The notes under the pieces: model-generated
What the model saw: only the letters and a program-made list of their open reading frames with translations
Told to the model about the DNA's origin: nothing
Database searches by the model: none
Shown: positions 16,921 through 27,600 of the stretch, one piece after another
Layout of the letters: every line of letters starts with the position of its first letter
Position numbering within the stretch: the stretch's first letter is position 1
Made by a program: the position numbers and the translations under genes
IMG/VR virus record: IMGVR_UViG_3300026863_000035
Coordinates: 1-32,030 of that record
Direction: 5' to 3' (one strand)
DNA length: 32,030 bases
DNA from: a virus
Taxonomy: Duplodnaviria > Caudoviricetes

Positions 16921-17271
16921 ATGACGGACATGTCCGCGCCCGCCTGGCTGTGGGCGGCCAAGGCTGCTGGCGCGGTGGCGGGGTCGGCGGTGTCGCTGGT
17001 CTACATCCTGCCGTCCGGCCGGCGCGAGGCCGCGGCGCGCTTTGCCGTCGGCGTCGTCTGCGGCCTCGTCTTCGGCGGCACGGCGGGGCTGAAGATAGCA
17101 ACCGAACTCGGCATCGACGGCACGATCGGCCCGGTCGAGATGGCGCTGATGGGATCGGCGGCGGCAAGCCTGTGCGCCTGGTGGGCGCTGGGCTTCCTGC
17201 TGCGCGCACTGCAGCGCGGCCGGGTGGGCGATCCCGCCAGGACGTCGACGCCCAAGAAGGACGGCGACTGA
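16921..17271 (+). CDS. GTA-associated small membrane protein (DUF6107-like)
   Basis: Hydrophobic; WAAKAAGAVAGSAVSLVYILP...SLCAWWALG; lies between portal and protease. Confidence 0.7.
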   Translation: MTDMSAPAWLWAAKAAGAVAGSAVSLVYILPSGRREAAARFAVGVVCGLVFGGTAGLKIATELGIDGTIGPVEMALMGSAAASLCAWWALGFLLRALQRGRVGDPARTSTPKKDGD

Positions 17272-17336
17272 CGGACAGTCCCGGGCCTTTGAAGCCGACC
17301 GATCCATTCACGTATCCATTCTGCAAGGAGGCGCCG

Positions 17337-18026
17337 ATGAGCGCGGAAAAACGCATGGGCTGCGAGCGCAAATTCGTCGACATGGTGCTGGGCGAGGTCG
17401 AGCCGGACGGCAGTTTTGCCGGCTATGCCAGCCTGTTTGGCCGTGTCGATCTCGGCAAGGATCTGGTCGAGCGCGGCGCTTTCGCCCGCTCGCTGAAGGA
17501 GCGCGGCACGGGCGGGATCCGCATGCTCTACCAGCACGATCCGGCGCAGCCGATCGGCACCTGGACCGAAATCCGCGAGGACACGCGCGGCCTTTTCGTC
17601 CGCGGCCGGCTGGCCAGGGACGTGGCGCGCGGCCGGGAAGTGCTGTCGCTGATGCGCCAGGGCGCGCTCGACGGGCTGTCGATCGGCTTTCGCACGGTCA
17701 AGGCGCGCAGCGACGCTCCGACAGGCGTGCGCCACATCCTGGAGGCGGATCTTTGGGAGATTTCCGTCGTGACCTTCCCGATGCTGCCTGGCGCCCGCGT
17801 CGAGACGGTGAAGGGCAGGCGGCAGCCCGCGCTGCCGACCATGGTGGCCATCGAACGCGCTCTGGTCAAGGGCACGGGCCTGACGGGCGACGAGGCGCGA
17901 GGCGTCGCCGCCGGCGGCGACCCCATGCTCACGCGATGGAAGATGGGCGGCGACCCGACCGCCAGGCTGGCGGCAAAAATCCGCCAGGCGACACGCATCA
18001 TCAAGCAGAAGAGGACCACACCATGA
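17337..18026 (+). CDS. GTA prohead protease (g4)
   Basis: FAGYASLFG, MLYQHDP, LDGLSIGF, LWEISVVTFPM; AAGGAGG Shine-Dalgarno. Confidence 0.93.
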   Translation: MSAEKRMGCERKFVDMVLGEVEPDGSFAGYASLFGRVDLGKDLVERGAFARSLKERGTGGIRMLYQHDPAQPIGTWTEIREDTRGLFVRGRLARDVARGREVLSLMRQGALDGLSIGFRTVKARSDAPTGVRHILEADLWEISVVTFPMLPGARVETVKGRRQPALPTMVAIERALVKGTGLTGDEARGVAAGGDPMLTRWKMGGDPTARLAAKIRQATRIIKQKRTTP

Positions 18027-19279
18027 CTGTACTGGACGGACAGACCGGGCTCGAGACCAAGGCGGCTGGCGACGGCGCAGAGCTTGCCGACGCCTTTGGC
18101 GATTTCATGCACACATTCGAGGCGTTTCGCGAGGCCAATGACGAGAAGCTGGCAGCACTCGAACGGCGCGCCGGTGCCGACGTCGTGACGGCAGAGAAGG
18201 TCGACCGCATCTCGCGCGGGCTCGACGAGCAGAAGCGGGCGCTCGACCAGCTGTCGCGGAAGCGGGCCCGCCCGGCGCTCGGCCAGGGACTGGCGGGCCG
18301 CGAGACGTCGGAGCACAAGAGCGCCTTCGACGCCTATCTCCGCAGCGGCGAGGACCGCGCGCTGCGTGTGCTCGACACCAAGGCGATGTCCTACGGCTCC
18401 GGGCCGGATGGCGGCTACCTCGTGCCGCCGGAGGTCGAGACGGAAATCGGCCGGCGCCTGTCGGTGCTGTCGCCGATCCGCTCCATCGCCTCGGTGCGGC
18501 AGGTGTCGTCGGCCGTGCTGAAGAAGCCGTTCTCGATCTCCGGTCCGGCCGTTGGCTGGGTCGCCGAAACCGCGTCGCGGCCGCAGACGGCGTCGAGCAC
18601 GCTGGCAGAGCTGCAGTTTCCGACCATGGAGCTCTACGCCATGCCGGCGGCGACGCCGACCCTGCTGGAGGACGCGGTGGTCGATCTCGACCAGTGGATT
18701 TCCGCAGAAGTCGAGACGGCCTTCGCCGAGCAGGAGGGCACCGCCTTCGTGACCGGCGACGGCACCAACAAGCCGAAGGGTTTCCTGGGTTACACCAATG
18801 TCGCGGAGGCGAGCTGGAGCTGGGGCAATATCGGCTACATCGCGACCGGCGTGGCCGGCGCGCTGCCGGCGAGCGACCCGTCCGACATACTGATCGATAC
18901 GGTCTATGCGCTGAAGGCGGGCTATCGCCAGAACGCCTCCTTCGTGATGAACCGCAAGACCCAGGCCTCGATCCGCAAGCTGAAGGACGCCGACGGCAAC
19001 TATCTCTGGCAGCCGCCGGCCGGACCCGGCCAGCGCGCCATGCTGATGGGCTTTCCCCTGGTCGAGGCCGAGGACATGCCGGATGCGGCGACGAATGCCA
19101 CGCCGATCGCCTTCGGCGATTTTTCGCGCGGCTATCTCGTCGTCGACCGCACCGGCGTCAAGGTGCTGCGCGATCCGTATTCCGCAAAGCCCTACGTGCT
19201 GTTCTACACGACCAAGCGCGTCGGCGGCGGGGTGCAGGACTTTGATGCGATCAAGCTGCTGAAGTACGGCGTTTCGTAA
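18023..19279 (+). CDS. GTA major capsid protein (g5)
   Basis: DGGYLVP, ELYAMPAAT, GTNKPKGFL, LRDPYSAKPYVLFYTTKRVGGGV. Confidence 0.96.
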   Translation: MTVLDGQTGLETKAAGDGAELADAFGDFMHTFEAFREANDEKLAALERRAGADVVTAEKVDRISRGLDEQKRALDQLSRKRARPALGQGLAGRETSEHKSAFDAYLRSGEDRALRVLDTKAMSYGSGPDGGYLVPPEVETEIGRRLSVLSPIRSIASVRQVSSAVLKKPFSISGPAVGWVAETASRPQTASSTLAELQFPTMELYAMPAATPTLLEDAVVDLDQWISAEVETAFAEQEGTAFVTGDGTNKPKGFLGYTNVAEASWSWGNIGYIATGVAGALPASDPSDILIDTVYALKAGYRQNASFVMNRKTQASIRKLKDADGNYLWQPPAGPGQRAMLMGFPLVEAEDMPDAATNATPIAFGDFSRGYLVVDRTGVKVLRDPYSAKPYVLFYTTKRVGGGVQDFDAIKLLKYGVS

Positions 19280-19286
19280 GCGCTGC

Positions 19287-19424
19287 GGCGTCATTCCGGA
19301 ATCGGCCTTGAGCGAAGCGAGAGGACGATCTCCGGGACCCATTCCGTTGCATTGGCCGAGTTGAGGAATGGGTCCCGGATATTCGCGGTTCGCTGCGCTC
19401 GCCTGCGAATTCCGGGATGACGCC
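19287..19424. repeat. RIME/RPE-like palindromic element, copy 2 (inverted relative to copy 1)
   Basis: GGCGTCATTCCGGAAT...ATTCCGGGATGACGCC; internal CCGGGACCCATTCC/GGAATGGGTCCCGG stem. Confidence 0.78.
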
Positions 19425-19479
19425 CGCGTTTCCAACTTCCCATCGGCGGCGGGGCGGCGCCCCTTCGTTCCGCGCGCCG

Positions 19480-19520
19480 CGCGGCCTCGGACCCTCTCCT
19501 CCGGGGCCGCGACTTATTTC
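19480..19520 (+). terminator. GC-rich hairpin after the capsid gene (possible terminator/attenuator)
   Basis: CGCGGCCTCGGA-loop-TCCGGGGCCGCG followed by ACTTATTTC; weak U tract. Confidence 0.4.
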
Positions 19521-19541
19521 ATCATTTCAGAGGCTTGAGCC

Positions 19542-20111
19542 ATGACCTTGATTCTGACCGGGGCTCCGGAGGCGGAGCCCGTGACGCTGACGGATGCCAG
19601 GAATTTTCTCCGGCTGCCGGGCACGGCGGACGACGAGCTGCTGTCCGGCCTGATCACCGCGGCACGGCAGGATGTCGAGCGCGCGACGGGGCTCGCGCTG
19701 ATCGACCAGACCTGGCGGCTGGCGATCGACCGGCTGCCGCAAAGCGACATGGCGACGCTGCTCCGCCATCCCGTGCGCGAGATACTGTCGGTGACCGTCT
19801 TCGGCAGCGAGGGCGAGGCGTCGCTGGTCGATCCCGCCGACTACCAGGCGGATCTCATGTCGCGGCCGGCGCGGCTGCTGTTTGTCACACGGCCCGCAAT
19901 GGCGCGCGCGATGAACGGGCTGGAGATCGATTTCCGCGCCGGCTTCGGCGAGGCGGGACCCGACGTGCCCGACCTGCTGCGCCGGGCAATCCTGCTTCTG
20001 GTGGCGCATTGGTACGAGTTTCGCGCCAGTTTCGGCCCGGGCGACCAGCCGGTGTCCTACCCGCAAAATTACGAGCGGATGATCGCCTCCTATCGCGACC
20101 GGAGGCTGTGA
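19542..20111 (+). CDS. GTA head-tail connector (g6)
   Basis: EPVTLTDARNFLRL, TGLALIDQTW, AGFG, LVAHWYE. Confidence 0.9.
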   Translation: MTLILTGAPEAEPVTLTDARNFLRLPGTADDELLSGLITAARQDVERATGLALIDQTWRLAIDRLPQSDMATLLRHPVREILSVTVFGSEGEASLVDPADYQADLMSRPARLLFVTRPAMARAMNGLEIDFRAGFGEAGPDVPDLLRRAILLLVAHWYEFRASFGPGDQPVSYPQNYERMIASYRDRRL

Positions 20112-20446
20112 TGCCGACGCTTTTCGTCGACCCCGGCGCCTTGCGCACCGAGCTTTCGCTACAGGCGCAAGACAACGGCGCCGACGGCATGGGCGGGCTG
20201 GTCGAAGGCTGGACCGAAATTGCGACCGTGTTCGGCCAGATCGAGCCGCGCGCGCAGGCAAGTGGTTTTGGCGCCGGCCAGACGCTGGAGACGCTGACGC
20301 ACCGCATCACGATCCGGCATCGCCCGGGCGTCGAAAGCGGCATGCGGCTGGTACGGCAGGCGCGCAGCTTCGACATCCTGACGGTGCACGACCCGGACGA
20401 AACCGGCCGCTATCTGGTCTGCCGGGTGAGGGAGGAGGGCGCATGA
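20111..20446 (+). CDS. GTA head closure protein (g7)
   Basis: DPGALR, DGMGG, THRITIRHR, DPDETGRYLVC. Confidence 0.88.
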   Translation: MPTLFVDPGALRTELSLQAQDNGADGMGGLVEGWTEIATVFGQIEPRAQASGFGAGQTLETLTHRITIRHRPGVESGMRLVRQARSFDILTVHDPDETGRYLVCRVREEGA

Positions 20447-20637
20447 AAGAGACGATGGCACTGACGCGGGCTGGAATAGAGCAAGCGCTGCGGACGGCGG
20501 CACAGATGCCGCTCCTGGCGAGGGAGCGCGACAGCAGGGATGTGTTCGTGCCGAGGGCGGAACTGAGCACCGATGCGTTGCGCCTGCTGTCGCAGCGACG
20601 CGTGAAGGGAATCGACGATGACTTCGCCGACCGCTGA
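20443..20637 (+). CDS. Small hypothetical protein in the GTA operon
   Basis: ATGA-coupled to g7; fills the gap before g8. Confidence 0.4.
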   Translation: MKETMALTRAGIEQALRTAAQMPLLARERDSRDVFVPRAELSTDALRLLSQRRVKGIDDDFADR

Positions 20638-21025
20638 GCTGCAACGCGCCGTCTTCGAGACGCTTTCCGCGAGCGCGGCGCTGACCGCGCTGCTGGGCGG
20701 CGCGAAGATTCACGACCACGCGCCCGCCCATGTGGCGTTTCCCACCATCACCTTCGGCAATGCGACGCTCGCCGACTGGAGCACCGCGACGGAGCAAGGC
20801 AGCGAGCAGATCGTGACGCTGCATGTCTGGTCGAAGGGCAAGGGCAAGAAGCAGGTGCTCGACATCATGGATGCCGTGCGCGGCCTGATCGACGACGCGG
20901 CGCTTAGCCTTGCGGGTCACCACCTGGTGTCGATCCGCCTGCGCGCCGCGGAGGCGCGCTTCGACGACGACCTCGCGGTGCATCACGGGCTGATGCGCTT
21001 TCGCGCGCTGATCGAAGTCATCTGA
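20618..21025 (+). CDS. GTA tail completion protein, DUF3168 (g8)
   Basis: LQRAVF, DWST, TLHVWS, HGLMRFRALIE. Confidence 0.88.
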   Translation: MTSPTAELQRAVFETLSASAALTALLGGAKIHDHAPAHVAFPTITFGNATLADWSTATEQGSEQIVTLHVWSKGKGKKQVLDIMDAVRGLIDDAALSLAGHHLVSIRLRAAEARFDDDLAVHHGLMRFRALIEVI

Positions 21026-21076
21026 GCGCAAGAACCGAAACCCAAATTCTCAAAAGACAAAAAACCGGAGACCGAC

Positions 21077-21493
21077 ATGGCTGCACAGAAGGGCAAGGAC
21101 CTCCTGCTCAAGATCGATTCGACAGGGCTCGGCGCCTTCGTCACGGTGGCCGGGCTGCGCGCCAAGCGGCTGGCGTTCAACAGCGAGACGGTGGACGTGA
21201 CCGACGCGGATTCGGCTGGGCGCTGGCGTGAACTGCTGGCCGGCAGCGGCGTGCAGCGCGCGTCGCTGGCGGGCTCCGGCATCTTCAAGGACGCGGCCTC
21301 GGACGCCGCGATCCGCACGACATTCTTCGATGCCGCGATCGTCGACTGGCAGTTCGCCATTCCGGATTTCGGCGTGGTGGAAGGGCCGTTCCAGATCACG
21401 GCGCTCGAATATTCCGGCAATCACGATGGCGAAGTGACCTTCGAGATCGCGCTGGAATCGGCCGGCGCCCTCAGCTTCGCGGTGGCGGCATGA
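21077..21493 (+). CDS. GTA major tail tube protein, TP901-1 family (g9)
   Basis: MAAQKGKDLLLKI, GRWRELL, LEYSGNHDGE. Confidence 0.95.
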   Translation: MAAQKGKDLLLKIDSTGLGAFVTVAGLRAKRLAFNSETVDVTDADSAGRWRELLAGSGVQRASLAGSGIFKDAASDAAIRTTFFDAAIVDWQFAIPDFGVVEGPFQITALEYSGNHDGEVTFEIALESAGALSFAVAA

Positions 21494-21831
21494 GCGCGAA
21501 CCGGAGGCGCGGCGAGATCTTTGCCGAGCTCGACGGCAAGGGGTTCCGGCTCTGCCTGACGCTCGGCGCGCTGGCGGAGCTCGAGGCCGCCTATGCGGCC
21601 GAGGACCTGACGGCCCTGGTCGGGCGGTTCTCGACGGGAAAACTGTCGGCGACGGACATGATCCGCGTCATCGGCGCGGGCCTGCGCGGCGCGGGTCACG
21701 CGATCGAGGACGCGGAGGTGGGCGCCATGACGGCGAGCGGCGGGGCGGCGGGCTTTGCCGCCATCGTCGCCGATCTCCTTACCGCGACCTTCGGCGGCAA
21801 GGCTGAGAAGGCCGCACAGCTGGACCCTTGA
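21490..21831 (+). CDS. GTA tail assembly chaperone (g10)
   Basis: ANRRRGEI, LCLTLGALAELE, GAGLRGAG. Confidence 0.9.
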   Translation: MSANRRRGEIFAELDGKGFRLCLTLGALAELEAAYAAEDLTALVGRFSTGKLSATDMIRVIGAGLRGAGHAIEDAEVGAMTASGGAAGFAAIVADLLTATFGGKAEKAAQLDP

Positions 21832-22040
21832 GGGCCGCAGCGGGCAGCGCCGCCGCCTTTCCGTGGGACAGCGTGATGGCGACCGGTTTTGGCCTGCTGC
21901 GGCTTTCGCCCAAAAATTTCTGGTCGATGACCCCGCGCGAGATGGAGCGCGCCATGAGCGTGTTCCGCCCAGTGGCGGGCGCGGCGCCCATGCGGGCCGA
22001 GCTCGCGGCACTTATGACTGAATTTCCAGACGGGAGATGA
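21828..22040 (+). CDS. GTA tail chaperone C-terminal part (rcc01693/g10.1-like)
   Basis: FPW, GLLRLSPKNFWSMTPRE, LMTEFPD. Confidence 0.85.
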   Translation: MRAAAGSAAAFPWDSVMATGFGLLRLSPKNFWSMTPREMERAMSVFRPVAGAAPMRAELAALMTEFPDGR

Positions 22041-22591
22041 CCATGGTGGATGTGCCGGACCGGCTCGACATCGAGATCGACGCCGACACCAGGCCGATCG
22101 AGGATGCGCTGCGCGACCTGACCAGCCTGTCGCACCAGTTCGGCGCGCAACTGACATCCGCGCTGAGGAGCGCCGTGGTGGGCGGCAAGGACCTCGACGA
22201 CATATTGCGCAGGATCGCGTTGAACCTGGCCGGCATGGCGCTGAGCAGGGGTTTGCAGCCGCTGCAGTCGCTGGCGGGCTCGCTGTTTTCCAATCTGATC
22301 GGCGCGCTGGTGCCGGCTGCGGCTGGCGGCATCGCGCCATTCGCGGCCGACGGCGGGATCGCCGCGCCGAGCTACTTTCCGACGGCGGCTGGGCCGGGAC
22401 TGGCGGAAGGCGCTGCTGGGTTGCCGGGCGCCATACCGGGCAATGGGCCTGCCGGGGCGGCGTCGGGCGGCGGCGCGGTGAGCGTCGTCTTTAACGTCAC
22501 CACGCCGGATGCGGCGAGCTTCAGGAAGTCCGAGGCGCAGGTGACCGGCATGCTGGCGCGGGCGGTATCTCGCGGCGGCCGGACATTTTGA
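22037..22591 (+). CDS. GTA short tape measure protein (g11)
   Basis: 184 aa; NVTTPDAASFRKSEAQV...ARAVSRGGR. Confidence 0.85.
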   Translation: MTMVDVPDRLDIEIDADTRPIEDALRDLTSLSHQFGAQLTSALRSAVVGGKDLDDILRRIALNLAGMALSRGLQPLQSLAGSLFSNLIGALVPAAAGGIAPFAADGGIAAPSYFPTAAGPGLAEGAAGLPGAIPGNGPAGAASGGGAVSVVFNVTTPDAASFRKSEAQVTGMLARAVSRGGRTF

Positions 22592-22636
22592 GACTCGCCC
22601 TGACGAGTTTGGAAAACAGTCTCTGAGAGAAATGAC

Positions 22637-23287
22637 ATGACCGAATTCTTGAGCTTCCACGAGGTGCGGTTTCCCACAGCCATCGCCTTCGGCGCCACCG
22701 GAGGTCCCGAGCGGCGCACGGAGATCGTGGCCCTGACCTCGGGCCGCGAGAAGCGCAACGCGCGGTTTGCACACTCGCGGCACCGCTACGATGCCGGGAC
22801 GGGCGTGCGCTCGCTCGCCGATCTGCAGGAGGTGATCGCCTTCTGGGAGGCGCGGCGCGGGCCGCTGCACGGTTTTCGCTTTCGCGATCCGTTCGACATG
22901 AAGTCCTGCGCGGCGGGCGGGACGCCTGCGGCGACCGACCAGGCGCTTGGGACAGGCGACGGCGCGACGGCGCGCTTTGCGCTGGTCAAGCGCTACGGCG
23001 ACGATGGCGACGCCTATGCGCGGCCGATCCGCAAGCCGGTGGCGGGGACGCTCAAGGTCGCGGTGGCGGGGGTCGAGAAGGCGACGCCCGGGGAGTTTGC
23101 CTTCGACGATGCGACCGGCGAGATCGTCCTTGCGCCGGGCTCGATTCCGGGCGCGGGGCAGGCGGTGACGGCGGGTTTTGAGTTCGACGTGCCGGTGCGC
23201 TTCGACGCCGAGCGCATCGAGGTCGGCATCTCCGCCTTCAAGGCCGGGCGCATCCCGACCATCCCGCTGGTGGAGGTGCTGCTGTGA
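22637..23287 (+). CDS. GTA distal tail protein, DUF2460 (g12)
   Basis: FHEVRFP, GGPERRT, GFRFRDPFD, AGFEFDVPVRFD. Confidence 0.93.
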   Translation: MTEFLSFHEVRFPTAIAFGATGGPERRTEIVALTSGREKRNARFAHSRHRYDAGTGVRSLADLQEVIAFWEARRGPLHGFRFRDPFDMKSCAAGGTPAATDQALGTGDGATARFALVKRYGDDGDAYARPIRKPVAGTLKVAVAGVEKATPGEFAFDDATGEIVLAPGSIPGAGQAVTAGFEFDVPVRFDAERIEVGISAFKAGRIPTIPLVEVLL

Positions 23288-24171
23288 CCATCTATCCCGA
23301 GGCGCTCGCAGCCCGTCTCGAGGGCGAGGCGACGACCGTGTGCCACTGCTGGCGGCTGACACGCCGCGACGGCACGGTGAGCGGCTTCACCGATCATGAT
23401 CGCCGCCTGACCGTCGACGGCACCGCTTTCGAGCCGGACAGCGGCTTCAGCGCCTCGGAGGCGCGCGACACGCTGGGCCTGGCGATCGACACGGTCGATG
23501 TCGAGGGCGCGGTGTCGTCCTCGGGCATCAGCGAGGCCGACATCGCTGCCGGGCTCTACGACGACGCCACCGTCGAGACGCTGCTGGTGAACTGGCAAAG
23601 CCCGGCCGATTTCGCACGCCTGCGCAGCGCGACCATCGGTCGGATCACGCGCCGCGACAACGCCTTTGTCGCGGAGCTGAAGAGCTTTGCGCATAGGCTC
23701 GACCAGATCCAGGGACGCACGGTGACGCGAAGCTGCGACGCGGAGCTGGGCGACACGCGCTGCCGCTTCCTCATCGACCAGCCGGGATTTTCCGGCGCCG
23801 GAACGGTGGCGTCGGTCGCGGGCGATGTCGTGACGGCTGGCGGCCTGGACGGGTTCGCGTCGGGCTGGTTCACCCATGGCGTGCTGGAGTGGGCGAGCGG
23901 CGCATTGGCCGGGCGCTCAAGCCGCGTCGTGGCGCATCGGCGCACCGCCGAAGGCGTCGTGCTGGTGCTGCAGCGGACAGGCGGGCCGGCCGCCGAGATC
24001 GGCGATGCCTTTGCCATCCGCGCCGGCTGCGACAAGCGCTTTGCGACCTGCCGGGAGAAATTCGCCAATGGCGTGAACTTTCGCGGCTTTCCGCACCTGC
24101 CCGGCAATGACGCGGCCTATGGCTATGTCGCTGACGGAATCGTCTTCGACGGCAAGCCGCTGGTGCCATGA
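23284..24171 (+). CDS. GTA baseplate hub, DUF2163/BR0599 (g13)
   Basis: CWRLTRRDG, GFTDHD, CDAELGD, GCDKRFATC, NFRGFPHLPG. Confidence 0.93.
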   Translation: MTIYPEALAARLEGEATTVCHCWRLTRRDGTVSGFTDHDRRLTVDGTAFEPDSGFSASEARDTLGLAIDTVDVEGAVSSSGISEADIAAGLYDDATVETLLVNWQSPADFARLRSATIGRITRRDNAFVAELKSFAHRLDQIQGRTVTRSCDAELGDTRCRFLIDQPGFSGAGTVASVAGDVVTAGGLDGFASGWFTHGVLEWASGALAGRSSRVVAHRRTAEGVVLVLQRTGGPAAEIGDAFAIRAGCDKRFATCREKFANGVNFRGFPHLPGNDAAYGYVADGIVFDGKPLVP

Positions 24172-24620
24172 GCGCGCGGGACAGCATTGCCGATGCCGTG
24201 GTGGCGGAGGCGAGGGCCTGGATCGGCACGCCGTATCGGCACCAGGGGGCGCGCAAGCAGATCGGCTGCGACTGCCTCGGCCTCGTCATCGGCATATGGC
24301 GCGCAGTCTACGGCAGCGAGCCGGAGCGCCCGGGGCCCTACGCTCCTGACTGGGCCGAAGCCGGGGGCAAGGATCTCTTTCTGGCGGCGGCGTCCCGCCA
24401 TTGCCGGGAGAAGCCGGTCGCGGAACTGGCGCCCGGCGACCTCGTCCTGTTTCGCTGGCGCGACCACCTGCCGGCAAAACATGCCGGCATCGCGGTCGAA
24501 AACAACCGATTCGTGCATGCCTACCAGGGCAGCGCGGTCGTCGAATCCGTGCTGGTGCCGCAATGGCGGCAGCGCATCGCGGGCGTGTTCGCCTTCCCGG
24601 ACCGCCCAGCCTCTTCCTGA
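24168..24620 (+). CDS. GTA NlpC/P60 cell-wall peptidase (g14)
   Basis: WIGTPYRHQ, GCDCLGL, KHAGI, FVHAY. Confidence 0.93.
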   Translation: MSARDSIADAVVAEARAWIGTPYRHQGARKQIGCDCLGLVIGIWRAVYGSEPERPGPYAPDWAEAGGKDLFLAAASRHCREKPVAELAPGDLVLFRWRDHLPAKHAGIAVENNRFVHAYQGSAVVESVLVPQWRQRIAGVFAFPDRPASS

Positions 24621-24641
24621 ACCACCGGGACCATCCAGACC

Positions 24642-27600
24642 ATGGCAACCATCCTCCTGCAGGCGGCGGGCACGATCCTCGGCGGGTTCCTCGGCCCGAT
24701 TGGCGCGGCGATCGGCCGGGCAGCGGGCGCGCTCGCCGGCTATGCGATCGACCGCGCTCTGATCACCGGCACGCAGCGCATCGAGGGGCCGCGGCTGAAT
24801 TCCGTGCGCGCCTTTTCGGCCGAGGAGGGCGTGCCGATCCCGCGCCTCTACGGCACCGCGCGGCTCGGCGGCACGCTGATCTGGGCGACGCGCTTCGAGG
24901 AAAGCGCCAACACCAGGCGCCAGGGCTTCAAGGGCGGCCCGAAGGTCACGGACTATGCCTATTACGGCAATCTCGCCTTCGCGCTCTGCGAGGGCGAGAT
25001 CGCCGGGATCAGGCGAGTCTGGGCCGACGGGCGCGAGGTGGACAGGACGACGTTCGAGATGCGCGTCTACACGGGCACCGAGGAGCAGGAGCCCGACCCG
25101 CTGATCGAGGCCAAGCAGGGCGCCGGCAATGCGCCGGCCTATCGCGGCCTCGCCTATGTCGTGCTGGAGCGATTTGCACTCGGCGACTATGGCAGTCGGG
25201 TCCCGCAGTTCCAGTTCGAGGTGATGCGCCCCATCGGGCGGCTGCGCCATCAGCTGCGCGCCGTGGCGCTGATCCCCGGCGCGACGGAATACGGCCTGTC
25301 GCCGCAGCTGGTGACGCGCGAGAAGCGCCGTGGCGAGACCGTGGCCGAGAACCGGCATGTGCTGCATGCGGCAACCGACCTGATGGCCTCGCTGGACGAG
25401 CTGCAGATGCTGTGCCCGGCGGTGGAGAGCGCGGCGCTGGTGGTGACATGGTTCGGCGACGATCTGCGCGCCGGTTCGTGCCGGATCCGGCCGGCGGTGA
25501 CCACGGCCGACCGGCCGGGCCTGTCGCAGCCCTGGATCGTGTCGGGCCTGGACCGCGCGACCGCCATGGTCGTCTCGACCAGCGGCGGCGGCTCGGCGTT
25601 TGGCGGCACCCCGTCGGATGCCACTGTGATCGCGGCCATCACGGAAATCAGGCGGCGCGGGCTGAAGGTGGTGCTGTATCCCTTCGTCATGATGGACATC
25701 CCGGCCGGCAACGCGCTGCCCGACCCCTATGGCGGCACGGCGCAGGCGGCCTATCCCTGGCGCGGGCGCATCACCTGCCATCCCGCGCCGGATAGGCCGG
25801 GCACGGCCGACAAGACGGCGGCGGCGCGGACGCAGGTCGAAGCGTTCGAGGGCACCGCGCTTGCCGCGCAGTTCTCGACGACCGGCGGCGCGGTTTCCTT
25901 CACGGGCACGCCCGGCGATTGGGGCTACCGGCGCTTCGTGCTGCACTATGCGCATCTCGCCAATGCGGCGGGCGGCGTCGACGGGTTTTTGCTCGGCTCG
26001 GAACTGCGCGGGCTGACCACGCTGCGCGACGGGGCAGGCGCCTTTCCCTTCGTCGAGACGCTGTGCGATCTCGCCGACGCGGTGCGCGGCCTGCTCGGAC
26101 CGGCACCGGCGATCACCTATGGCGCCGACTGGAGCGAATATTTTGGGCACCAGCCGGCGGACGGCAGCGGCGACGTGATTTTTCACCTCGACCCGCTCTG
26201 GGCGCGCGCTTCGGTGACGGCCGTCGGCATCGACAACTACATGCCGCTGTCGGACTGGCGCGACGAGGACCGCCATGCCGGGTCGCCGGATGGGGCGGTG
26301 GGCCCCTACGATCCCGACGCGCTCAGGGCTGCGATCACGGGCGGGGAGGGGTATGACTGGTACTATGCCTCGGCGGCGGCGCGCCGCGACCGCGTCCGCA
26401 CGGCGATCGCCGACGGCGCCTACGACAAGCACTGGGTGTTTCGGCCCAAGGATTTTTTCGGCTGGTGGTCGCATGCGCACTTCAATCGCATCGGAGGCGT
26501 CGAGCTTGCGTCGCCGACCGCCTGGGTGGCTGAGGGCAAGCCGATCTGGCTAACCGAAATCGGCTGCCCGGCCGCCGACAAGGGCCTGAACCAGCCCAAC
26601 GTGTTTCCCGATCCGAAATCGGCAGAAAACGCCTCGCCCTACTTTTCCAATGAGGGGCGCAGCGACGTCGCCATGCTGCGGTTCCTCGAGGCGCATGCGG
26701 CGCACTGGGACCCGGATGCGGAAGACTTCGAGCCGGCCGGCAATCCGGTCTCGACGGTCTATGGCGGGCGCATGGTGGATGCGCAAAACATCTATGCCTG
26801 GGCCTGGGACGCGCGGCCGTTTCCGGCCTTTCCGCAACAGGGCGACGTCTGGGCCGACGGCGGCAACTGGCATCGCGGCCACTGGCTGAACGGGCGGCTG
26901 GAAGGCGCGGACCTGTCGGAACTGGCCAACGCGATCCTGGCCGACCATGGGCTGGACCCGGCCGATGCTCGGCACGCCGACGGCACCGTGGACGCCTTTG
27001 TCATCGAGGAGCCGCATTCGGCGCGCCAGGCGCTCGAGCCGCTGATCGAGCTGTTCGATCTTGCCGTCACGGAGGAACCGGACGGGCTCGTGCTGCGCAG
27101 TTCCGGCTATCAGGCTGAAGCGCCGGTCGATGCCGGCGCGATGGTGGTGGACGAGGCCGGCGCGGTGGTCGAGACCGTGCGCTTTCCCGACCATGAACTG
27201 CCGGCCGAGGCGCTGCTCGCCTTCCGCGACCCGTTCAGCGACTACCAGAGCGCCACCGCGCGCGTGCTGCGCCTCGGCGCGCAGGGACGACGGCAGGAGG
27301 GTTTCGGCTTTTCCGGCGTGATGGAGTTCGGGCAGGGCCAGGCGCTGATGGCCGACTGGCTGCAGCGGGTCTGGTCGGCGCGCGAAACGGTCTCGCTTTC
27401 CGTGGCGAGCTACCGCGCCGGACTGGAGCCGGGCGCGCTGATCCACCTGCCCGACGCAGCCGACGAGGCATTCATCGTGACGGAGGTCGAGGATGGCCTC
27501 GTGCGGCGCATCAAGGCGCGGCGCCTCGATCGGACGCCGCCGGCGCCCTGGCTGGCCGGCGCGATGCCGAATGCCCAGTCGCCGCAGATCCGCGCGGGAC

